Positions 57,025 through 64,000 of a DNA stretch of 64,000 nt are shown piece by piece (position 1 is the stretch's first letter; each line of letters starts with the position of its first letter). The translations under genes and the position numbers were made by a program. Below the pieces are notes generated by a model, which did not search any database, was not told where the DNA came from, and saw only the letters and a list, made by a program, of their open reading frames with translations. The DNA comes from Acidobacteriota bacterium. Its GTDB lineage: Bacteria; Acidobacteriota; Vicinamibacteria; Vicinamibacterales; 2-12-FULL-66-21. The stretch lies in NCBI GenBank assembly GCA_046733875.1, contig JBKPQB010000010.1:690-64689 (forward strand), given 5' to 3'.

Positions 57025-57248
57025 TTCCGGCGGTTGGTAACGACGTCCGCGGAAGCAGCGATCCGCGCGACCTCGGCATGCTCTTCCATCGGCTGAACAA
57101 CCAGCTCGGAATCATCCTGGCGAACGCGGAACTGCTCGAGACGAAGTCGGCCGACGAGATGGGCCGCGCGCGCGCCTCGCAGGTGGTGTCCAGCGTCCTG
57201 GACGCGATGACCACCGCCCGCGAGATCCGCCTCCGCTCCCGCGTCTGA
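57021..57248 (+). CDS. Stand-alone histidine-kinase dimerisation/phospho-acceptor (DHp) protein, 75 aa
   Basis: ATGA overlap with the HTH gene. H-box LFHRLNNQLGIILANAELL and a second helix; no ATPase domain. Confidence 0.75.
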   Translation: MIPAVGNDVRGSSDPRDLGMLFHRLNNQLGIILANAELLETKSADEMGRARASQVVSSVLDAMTTAREIRLRSRV

Positions 57249-57300
57249 CCCAGGGGTCAGAGCACTCTCGGGGTCAGAGCCCTTTGGGGGGTCAGAGCAC
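57244..57300 (+). repeat. Triple direct repeat GGGGTCAGAGC plus one inverted copy
   Basis: Copies at 57253, 57270 and 57288 (17-18 bp period); TCTGACCC at 57244-57251. Confidence 0.85.
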
Positions 57301-57338
57301 TCGAGCCCCGATTCTGACGATCACAAAATCGAAATCCG

Positions 57339-57383
57339 GTCACAGGATTGACAGCAACAATCGGCCGGTGCCAAAAAATTGAC
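57339..57383. promoter_or_regulatory. Two candidate enhancer (UAS) sites GTCA-N6-TGAC
   Basis: GTCACAGGATTGAC 57339-57352 and GCCAAAAAATTGAC 57370-57383, 31 bp apart, upstream of the sigma54 promoter. Confidence 0.55.
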
Positions 57384-57518
57384 GCCGTTTTCGTCCTCGT
57401 GTCTGCGCTGTCCTGCCCGTGCGTGCACAGGTCAACTCACAACTAACTGCCTTTGCACCATCAACTTACAATCACGCAGCTCATCCGGCTTGTCAGTTCT
57501 GTGCTTTCGTTTCGATTC

Positions 57519-57534
57519 TGGTACCAGCGTTGCG
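57519..57534 (+). promoter_or_regulatory. Sigma54 (-24/-12) promoter of the fliA-like gene
   Basis: TGGTACCAGCGTTGCG with GG and TTGC at consensus spacing. SD AAGGAG and ATG 57566 lie downstream. Confidence 0.65.
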
Positions 57535-57565
57535 GTTGGGGCGCCTCGCCAACACAAGGAGCCCC

Positions 57566-58486
57566 ATGCATCGTCAGCCTCTCGTCGCCCGTCAGCGTGA
57601 ACGAATTGCCGCCGGCTTGCCGTTCGTAGAGTCGCTCGCCCGGCGTGTCGCCTCCTCGATGCCGCACTCGATCGAGTTGGGAGATCTGGTCCAGGACGGC
57701 ATGCTCGGTCTGATCGACGCCGCGTACCGGTTCGACGAGGCTCGGGGCATCAAGTTCGAGACCTTCGCGGAGCGCCGCGTGCGCGGCGCCATGATCGACG
57801 CCCTCCGCCGCGACGCCTGGCCGCGCGGGGTGCGGCGGCAGCGGCGCGAGCTCGAAGCCGCCCGCGAGGAGCTGCGCCGCGAGCTTGGCGCCGAGCCGTC
57901 GCTCGCCGATCTGGCGGCGCGTGTCGGATCCGATGAAGCCCGTCTCGGCCGGACGATCGTCCGCATCAACACCATCGAGTCGACGTCGCCGCTCTCCGCC
58001 GGCGAAAACCTCGACGGGTCGACGCTGCCGGCGGCGCTCGTTCCGTCAGAGCCGCCGTCTCCGGATCGTTCGTACGAGGAACGCGAGGTCCGCGATCGCA
58101 TCCGCGCCGCGATTGCGTCGCTGCCGCCCCGTGAACGCAAGGTCATCGCGCTCTACTACTACGGTGAAGCGACGATGAAGCAGATTGGTGGGGAGATTGG
58201 GGTCAACGAGTCGCGCGTCTCGCAGCTCCACGCGCGTGCGATTCAGCGGCTGCGCAAGGCGCTTGGCTCCGAGGGCGACGATGCGCGTGCGCTGCGTCCG
58301 GCGATTCTTTCCTTCGAGCAGACGATGAAGCGGCTGAAGATGGCGAAGTCGGACATGACGCCGTCCTCGGCGCGGACGCCCGCCTCCGGCGTGGTGCTCG
58401 CGTACAAACAGCCGGCAGCGAAGGCACCTTCGGTACCGCCGGCGGCCAAACACGCGGGGCGCAGCCGGATCGCGGCGGCGCGATAG
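57566..58486 (+). CDS. fliA: FliA/WhiG-family (sigma28) RNA polymerase sigma factor
   Basis: DLVQDGMLGLIDAAYRFD, FETFAERRVRGAMIDALR, TMKQIGGEIGVNESRVSQLH, plus a ~70-aa C-terminal extension. Confidence 0.88.
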   Translation: MHRQPLVARQRERIAAGLPFVESLARRVASSMPHSIELGDLVQDGMLGLIDAAYRFDEARGIKFETFAERRVRGAMIDALRRDAWPRGVRRQRRELEAAREELRRELGAEPSLADLAARVGSDEARLGRTIVRINTIESTSPLSAGENLDGSTLPAALVPSEPPSPDRSYEEREVRDRIRAAIASLPPRERKVIALYYYGEATMKQIGGEIGVNESRVSQLHARAIQRLRKALGSEGDDARALRPAILSFEQTMKRLKMAKSDMTPSSARTPASGVVLAYKQPAAKAPSVPPAAKHAGRSRIAAAR

Positions 58487-58579
58487 GGCGCCACGAGCCG
58501 GGTCTTCGATGAGGCCGGGTCCAAGAGATTCGGCCTGCCTCCAGAGACTCGGCGTAGCTCCCCGAAGTCTCGGGCGCTA

Positions 58580-60106
58580 TCACAGAAGGATATCCCGCGC
58601 CGTTCGCAGCAGATCCCTGAGGCGGAACGGCTTCGCGAGCCAGCGGCAGCCCGTCTCTTCGAGGAATCGCTCCGCCTCCGTGCCTGCAACGTCGCCGGTG
58701 ACGAACAGGATGCGCCGCGTCAGATCGGGCGCGTCCCGTTCGAGCGTGCGGTAGAACGTCATCCCGTCAACGCGCGGCATCTTCAAATCGCAGATGATCA
58801 GATCGTACGAACGGCGCTGCGTGTGCTGCAGCGCCTCGTCGCCGTCCCCCGCGCGATCGACGACATACCCTGCATCGACGAGGGATTCGGCCACCGCCGC
58901 GCCGAGCGCCGCTTCATCTTCGACGACCAGGACCACAGAGCCCTTCGTCGCGTCCTCGTGCCGATCGGCGGGCCGCGGCAGCGGCGGCTTCACGGGCCCG
59001 TCGCCTACGGGTAACGCGACGTAGAACGATGCGCCGCGGCCGGGCTCAGACTTGACGCTGATCCTGCCGCCATGCTCCTGCACGATCGCGTACGCGACGG
59101 TGAGGCCAAGGCCGGTGCCCTTGCCAACTTCCTTGGTAGTGAAAAACGGATCGAAGATGCGTGGCCGCACATCTTCCGGTACACCAGGCCCGTCATCGTT
59201 CACTTCGAGAACCACCGCATCACCGTCGAGGTCGTGCCAGGTACGAAGGATCAGCGTTCCCCGGCCGTTGACGCTGAGCATCGCCTGTTCGGCGTTGATG
59301 ATGAGGTTCAGGAGCACCTGCTGGATCTGATGCGGGTCGGCGAACACCAGGGGCAGTCCGGCAGGCAGCGCCTCGAGGATGTTGATGTTGCTCAGGCGCT
59401 GTTCGTACGAGCGAAGCGCGATCGTCTCGCGGACGACCTGGTTGAGGTCCACCATCGCGCGCGTGGTGTGGCGCTTGCGCGCAAACGTTAGGAGGTTGCG
59501 GACGATCTTTGCCGCGCGCTCGGATTCACTGAGGATTGTTTCGAGACCGCGGCGCGTCGGGTCGTCGAGGGACCGCTGGGAGAGCCGTTCGGCCCACATC
59601 AGGATCGTCGCAAGCGGGTTGTTCAGCTCATGCGCGACGCCGGAGATCGTCTGCCCGAGCGCAGCGAGCTTCTCCGCCTGCAGCAGCTGATGGTAGAGAT
59701 CGCGCGCCTGATCTTCGAGGCGCTTGCGTTCCGTGACGTCGCGCATCAGCGCATCGACGCGCAGCCGCCCGGCGTCGTCGCGCTCGGCATGGGCTGTCAC
59801 TTCGACCCAGATCGGCACGCGATCCTCGCGCCGCAGGCGCATCACGTAATCGGTGACCGCGCCGTCGCGCTCGAGCCGCTCGAGAAAGCCGGTGCGCGCC
59901 TGCGGGTCGACGAAGCGTTCGGGCGCGAACGGCAGCAGGTATTCCTGCGGCGTTTCGGCCGCGAGACCGAAGATCAGCTTCAAGTGTGGATTCGCTGAGA
60001 GCGTGGTGCTCTCGGGACCGCAAATCGTACCGATGTACACGCCCTCATGGACCGCTTCGAAGAGCCGTGCGAACGCCAGGCCCGCGTCCGACAGCTCGGG
60101 CGTCAT
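58580..60106 (-). CDS. Cytoplasmic hybrid histidine kinase (PAS-HisKA-HATPase-REC)
   Basis: PAS/PAC (RDVTERK), AHELNNPL, NLIINAEQA, DDGPG, FDPFFTTKEVGKGTGLGL, receiver DLIICDLKMP. No TM segment. Confidence 0.95.
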   Translation of the reverse strand: MTPELSDAGLAFARLFEAVHEGVYIGTICGPESTTLSANPHLKLIFGLAAETPQEYLLPFAPERFVDPQARTGFLERLERDGAVTDYVMRLRREDRVPIWVEVTAHAERDDAGRLRVDALMRDVTERKRLEDQARDLYHQLLQAEKLAALGQTISGVAHELNNPLATILMWAERLSQRSLDDPTRRGLETILSESERAAKIVRNLLTFARKRHTTRAMVDLNQVVRETIALRSYEQRLSNINILEALPAGLPLVFADPHQIQQVLLNLIINAEQAMLSVNGRGTLILRTWHDLDGDAVVLEVNDDGPGVPEDVRPRIFDPFFTTKEVGKGTGLGLTVAYAIVQEHGGRISVKSEPGRGASFYVALPVGDGPVKPPLPRPADRHEDATKGSVVLVVEDEAALGAAVAESLVDAGYVVDRAGDGDEALQHTQRRSYDLIICDLKMPRVDGMTFYRTLERDAPDLTRRILFVTGDVAGTEAERFLEETGCRWLAKPFRLRDLLRTARDILL

Positions 60107-60687
60107 TTCCCTCGCGCGACGGGTGGCGTCGGCGTCATCGTCGGAAACGAGGACCGGTATTTGGTTTCGATTGCGGCTCGAATGTCCGCGATTCCGGTGC
60201 CTGCCGAGTGCATCTGCATCGCGTCACGCGCGACGTCCAGGCAGATCGCTCAACCCACTCCGTGCGGTTCCCAGGCGGTCGGACGTCCGCGCGGGTCGCG
60301 CGCTGCCACGAAGCAGTCGTCGTTGTGGCGATGGCCGCGTGACTCGCAGCCGCAGAAGCACGGCACGTGGCTGAGCACTTCGGGGTGCCTCGCGGCGAAC
60401 GCGTAGACCGCCCGTACGACTTCCATCGGCCTCGCGGGTGCGAACGGCGTCATCGGTAGCGGCGGGATGTCGCCGTCCGTCAGCTCGATCGCGTGCTGCG
60501 GCGCGTTGATCCCGGTCTGCGTTGACGAGGGAGCCGTCTCCCGTGCGCTCGGCTGCTGTGCAGCTGGCGCGGCCTGCGGCTGTGAGGGCGGTGTCTGGGC
60601 CGGCGATGCGGAAGGCGAGCTGCAGCCGGCAAAAGCGGCGGTCAGCACCGCAGCTGCGAGCCCACACGAGATCCCCGCCCTCGACAT
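60103..60687 (-). CDS. PCYCGC-family lipoprotein, predicted selenoprotein (UGA at 60250-60252, UxxC), 194 aa
   Basis: Lipobox FAGC and PCFCGC...HNDDCF. Read-through of the UGA gives HGVG-U-AICLDVARDAMQMHSAGTGIADIRAAIETKYRSSFPTMTPTPPVARGK-stop, whose TGA (60103-60105) overlaps the kinase ATG. Confidence 0.85.
60210..60249 (-). other. Putative bacterial SECIS hairpin of the PCYCGC gene
   Basis: mRNA after the UGA: GCG-AUCUG-CCUGGA-CGUCGCG-CGUGA-CGCGAUG-CAGAU-GC, a two-tier stem with a G-containing apical loop about 21 nt from the UGA. Confidence 0.55.
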
Positions 60688-60718
60688 GGGCCAATCTTAG
60701 CATCGATAATCGGGTCCC

Positions 60719-61531
60719 ATGTTCGATCCCGCACTGCTGCAGGGCCGCGTTGCTGTGATCACCGGCGGCGGCACCGGCATCGGACTCGCGACCGCGCGCA
60801 GGCTGGGTACGCTCGGCGCCCGCGTCGTGATTGCCAGCCGCCAGGCGGAGCACCTGGAGCACGGCTGCGCAGTGCTCCGCGAATCGGGCGTCGACGCGCT
60901 TGCGGTGCAGCTCGACGTCCGCAAGCCGGAGCAGGTGGACGAGATGATCGAGCGGACCGTACGGCATTTCGGCGGGCCCGACATCCTGATCAACAACGCT
61001 GCGGGCAACTTTATCTGCCGCGCCGAGGATCTGTCGCCGAACGGATGGAACGCGGTCGTGTCCATCGTCCTCAACGGGAGCTTCTACTGCGCGCGCGCGG
61101 TCGGACAGTACATGATCGCCTCGCGCCGCGGCGGATCGATCGTGTCGATCCTCGCGAATTACATCTGGACGGGGAGTCCCGGGACGATTCATTCGGCGGC
61201 GGCCAAGGCTGGTGTGATGTCGATGACGCAGACGCTTGCGGTCGAATGGGCTCCACACGGGATCCGCGTGAACGCCGTCGCGCCCGGACCGATCGAATCG
61301 GCGGGCGCCGCGCGGCAGTTGTGGAGCTCGCAGGCGGACGTCGATCGCATCACTGCGATGGTGCCGCTCGGCCGCTGGGGAAAACCGCACGAAGTTGCCG
61401 ATGCGGTCGCGTTTCTCGTGTCGCCGCTCGCCTCCTTCATCACCGGAGAAGTGCTCACGATTGACGGCGGTGCTCGCCTGACCGCTGGATCGTTCGGATT
61501 TCTCGACATCGGCTCCATTCCCCGCCGCTAA
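60719..61531 (+). CDS. SDR oxidoreductase, 2,4-dienoyl-CoA reductase-like
   Basis: TGGGTGIG, NNAAGNF, HSAAAKAG, IRVNAVAPGPI, PLGRWG, ITGEVLTIDGG. Confidence 0.88.
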   Translation: MFDPALLQGRVAVITGGGTGIGLATARRLGTLGARVVIASRQAEHLEHGCAVLRESGVDALAVQLDVRKPEQVDEMIERTVRHFGGPDILINNAAGNFICRAEDLSPNGWNAVVSIVLNGSFYCARAVGQYMIASRRGGSIVSILANYIWTGSPGTIHSAAAKAGVMSMTQTLAVEWAPHGIRVNAVAPGPIESAGAARQLWSSQADVDRITAMVPLGRWGKPHEVADAVAFLVSPLASFITGEVLTIDGGARLTAGSFGFLDIGSIPRR

Positions 61532-61797
61532 CAAGTCTGTTCTCGAGCAGAAGACGCCGCGCAGGCAGACGGGTGTCTGCACAACCTCGGCGAATTCTCG
61601 ATAGGAGTCACCCTGTAAGCCGTTCAATCGCCGCCGCCCTACAGCGCCGGCGCCCTTGTTCTACATAGGGTTGCCGACCAGACCGCCCCGGCTCGACGCT
61701 ACTGTCGAGCTCCAGGCACACCGGCTGCACAGTTCGCCGCCGTCTTCCTCTCGTCAACTTGGAGCTTTCGCGCTCGCCGAGCGCGCCCGAGGCAGGT

Positions 61798-64000
61798 ATG
61801 TACTGGACTCGATACCGGAGGTTCGTCCTCGCGACTGTGCTGGCGGCCTCTGCACTGGCACTTCTTCGTGGCGCAGCCCCGCAGGTCGACACGGGTATCT
61901 GGCGCGCCACGGGTCCGCTGAGCTCCGTGAGAGCAGGGGCTGCTTCAGCACTGCTGCCGGACGGAGGCCTGCTCGTCACCGGCGGCGCTGGTCCGGAAGG
62001 CGCGGTCTCGACGACCGAGGTGCTTGGCTCGAGTAACGCGTTCTCGCCGGCGGCTTCGATGATCACCGCGCGCTCCGATCACGGCGCAGTGCCGCTCAGC
62101 GATGGCGGCGTGCTCGTGGTAGGCGGGCGCAACGCCGACGGCGCGCTCGCCAGCGCCGAAATCTACTACGCCGGCGAATGGTTTCCCGCCGGCGATCTGA
62201 CGGATGCGCGTTGGGGGCACACGGCCACGCTGCTCGCGGATGGGCGCGTGCTGATCGCCGGCGGCGAGAACGCCGCGGGTGTCCTTGCGAGCGTAGAACT
62301 GTTCGATCCCAACAGCGAGACATTCTCCGTCGTCGGAACGCTGTCCTCGCCGCGCAAAGGCCATGCGGCGGCGCGGCTCGCCGATGGGCGTGTCGTGATC
62401 GCCGGCGGCTTCAGCGGCGACGCGGCACTATCGTCGATCGATGTCTTCGATCCGGAGACCGAGTCTATCGGCCCGATGGGCGTGTCGCTCGAAACGCCCC
62501 GCGCGGGACTGTCCGCGACGACGTTGCTCGATGGCAAGGTGCTGTTCTTCGGCGGCAACGACGGTTCGAACGACCTCGCGACATCCGAAATCTTCGATGC
62601 GGCTGCAGGTACTATCATCGCCGGGCCGGCGGCTCCCGCAGCGCGCCGTGATCACCAGGCGTTCCTGCTTCCAAACAACAACGCGGTCCTGATCGTTGGC
62701 GGCGCGACTGCCGATGGCGCGAGCGCGTCCGCCGAGTTGTATCAGCCTTGGCTCAAACAGTTCTGGGGCGGCGGCACGCTGGCGGCTCCCCGCTATCGCT
62801 CCACGGGGTCCGCTCTGTCGCAGGAGAGCTATGGTGACACGCCCAGCGGAAATGGCGTCCTCGTCGTCGCGGGCGGCGAGGGGCAGAGCAGCTCGGAGGC
62901 GTACGGGTTTGCCACCATCCGGGTGGACAAGGACGACTACTCGCCGGGCGAGACGGTCTACGTCTCAGGCCGCGGCTGGCAGCCAGGCGATGTGACGTTC
63001 GAGCTGCGGGAGGTGGTCGCGGAGCACACGTCGCGGCTGTTTACGCTGACAGCCGACGAGCACGGCGTGATTCCGACGCAGGAACTATTTCTCGTGGAGC
63101 AGCACCATTTGGGGGTGCGGTTTTACCTCACGGCTCATGATGCCGCGTCGCAGGCGCAGATCGCGTTCAGCGATGGAAACGCCGTGCCGGCTCCAAGTCG
63201 AGTGCCCGCCGCGGGCTATCAGTCGATCTCCGCCGGGAGCGCCTTCACGTTCGACATCACATACGCGAAGAACGGCGGCGGCGGCGACATTCAGCTGCAG
63301 AACCCGCTCAAGCTTTCGAACAAGACCTCTGGCACAGGGGAGACTTGCGGTGGCTCAGGGACCACAATTCCAGCGAACTGGATGACCGTCACTTCGACGC
63401 TGCCCGTGACGGTTAGCGACACCGTCTCGCCCATTGTGCGATACCGCGTCTCCGTACCCGCGGGCGCGGCAGCTGGCAATTACACAGCGGCCATCATGCC
63501 GGATGCAGCCGGCGGAGGGGCGCAGACATTCGATCTCTGCGTGACGGTATCGACGCGGGCTACCACATCGCTGAATGTCGCTGCCGGAACCGGAACGTAC
63601 GGCGGCTCCGTCAACCTGTCAGGAACACTGACCTCCGGAGCGTCGGGAATAGGCGGCAAATCGCTCGTGTTCACACTGAACGGCACGTCTGTCGGTAGCG
63701 CAACGACGAACGCTTCCGGTACCGCGACGCTCACCAACGTGAGCCTGAGCGGGATAAACGCGGGATCGTACACGGGTGCGATCGGCGCGAGCTTCGCTGG
63801 CGATTCGGGCTTCGCCGCAAGCAGCGGGACCGCCAATCTCACGGTGAATCCTCTCAGCGTCAATCTGATAGGCACCCGACCGTACGACGGAACATCGACA
63901 GCGGCAGCGAGCATTCTGACGGTCACGAATCTCGTGGGAAGCGACGCAGTGACGGTCGCAACGGGTAACGCGACGCTGGCGAGCAAGGACGTTGGTTCGC
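61798..64000 (+). CDS. Large secreted kelch-repeat / Ig-like / YDG-domain surface protein (3' truncated by the window edge)
   Basis: Manual translation: signal peptide MYWTRYRRFVLATVLAASALALL, about 6 kelch blades (HTATLLADGRVLIAGG...ELFDP), KDDYSPGETVYVSGRGW, Ig-like segment, TRPYDGTS...ASKDVG. Frame open to 64000. Confidence 0.85.
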   Translation, partial: MYWTRYRRFVLATVLAASALALLRGAAPQVDTGIWRATGPLSSVRAGAASALLPDGGLLVTGGAGPEGAVSTTEVLGSSNAFSPAASMITARSDHGAVPLSDGGVLVVGGRNADGALASAEIYYAGEWFPAGDLTDARWGHTATLLADGRVLIAGGENAAGVLASVELFDPNSETFSVVGTLSSPRKGHAAARLADGRVVIAGGFSGDAALSSIDVFDPETESIGPMGVSLETPRAGLSATTLLDGKVLFFGGNDGSNDLATSEIFDAAAGTIIAGPAAPAARRDHQAFLLPNNNAVLIVGGATADGASASAELYQPWLKQFWGGGTLAAPRYRSTGSALSQESYGDTPSGNGVLVVAGGEGQSSSEAYGFATIRVDKDDYSPGETVYVSGRGWQPGDVTFELREVVAEHTSRLFTLTADEHGVIPTQELFLVEQHHLGVRFYLTAHDAASQAQIAFSDGNAVPAPSRVPAAGYQSISAGSAFTFDITYAKNGGGGDIQLQNPLKLSNKTSGTGETCGGSGTTIPANWMTVTSTLPVTVSDTVSPIVRYRVSVPAGAAAGNYTAAIMPDAAGGGAQTFDLCVTVSTRATTSLNVAAGTGTYGGSVNLSGTLTSGASGIGGKSLVFTLNGTSVGSATTNASGTATLTNVSLSGINAGSYTGAIGASFAGDSGFAASSGTANLTVNPLSVNLIGTRPYDGTSTAAASILTVTNLVGSDAVTVATGNATLASKDVGS

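Noticed and set aside
57244-57300. CRISPR-like direct repeats
   Set aside because: Repeats are 11-13 bp with 6-7-bp spacers, far too short, and no cas genes are present.
61532-61797. Riboswitch (e.g. c-di-GMP) upstream of the surface protein
   Set aside because: No recognisable conserved aptamer motifs by eye; a covariance-model search would be needed.

Overview
GC-rich bacterial chromosome segment spanning the replication origin. Gene order and repeat style suggest Acidobacteriota (Vicinamibacteria-like); this is inference only. Left arm: lipoprotein, serS, galU, FmdB-type zinc ribbon, DUF885, rsmI, TPR-glmU-glmS, leuB-leuA / LysR / leuD-leuC, a four-helix-bundle gene bracketed by inverted 7-bp repeat arrays, and pcrA. 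Origin core: gyrA-gyrB-dnaN-dnaA, DnaA-box clusters, then rpmH-rnpA-yidD-yidC-jag-mnmE-mnmG-rsmG-(parS)-parA-parB-selD-atpF'FHAGDC-PP2C-wzm-wzt-rfaE2. Right arm: a PEP-CTERM protein, mfd-surA-upxY-dusB, small hypotheticals, a signalling module, an SDR, and a large kelch/YDG surface protein that runs off the edge. The signalling module comprises a FleQ-like sigma54 activator, an HTH protein, a stand-alone DHp protein, a FliA-type sigma factor and a PAS hybrid kinase. Strongest hidden signals: (1) two genes with in-frame UGA codons missed by the ORF track, SelD (CxxU) and a PCYCGC-family lipoprotein (UxxC) whose read-through stop overlaps the start of the hybrid kinase; (2) the repeat-bracketed four-helix-bundle cassette; (3) a FleQ-like to sigma54 to sigma28 circuit with visible operator sites; (4) an unexplained palindromic motif TWGGTC-N4-GACCWA clustered in AT-rich rsmI DNA and at the parA start. 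No rRNA, tRNA, CRISPR array or transposase was found.
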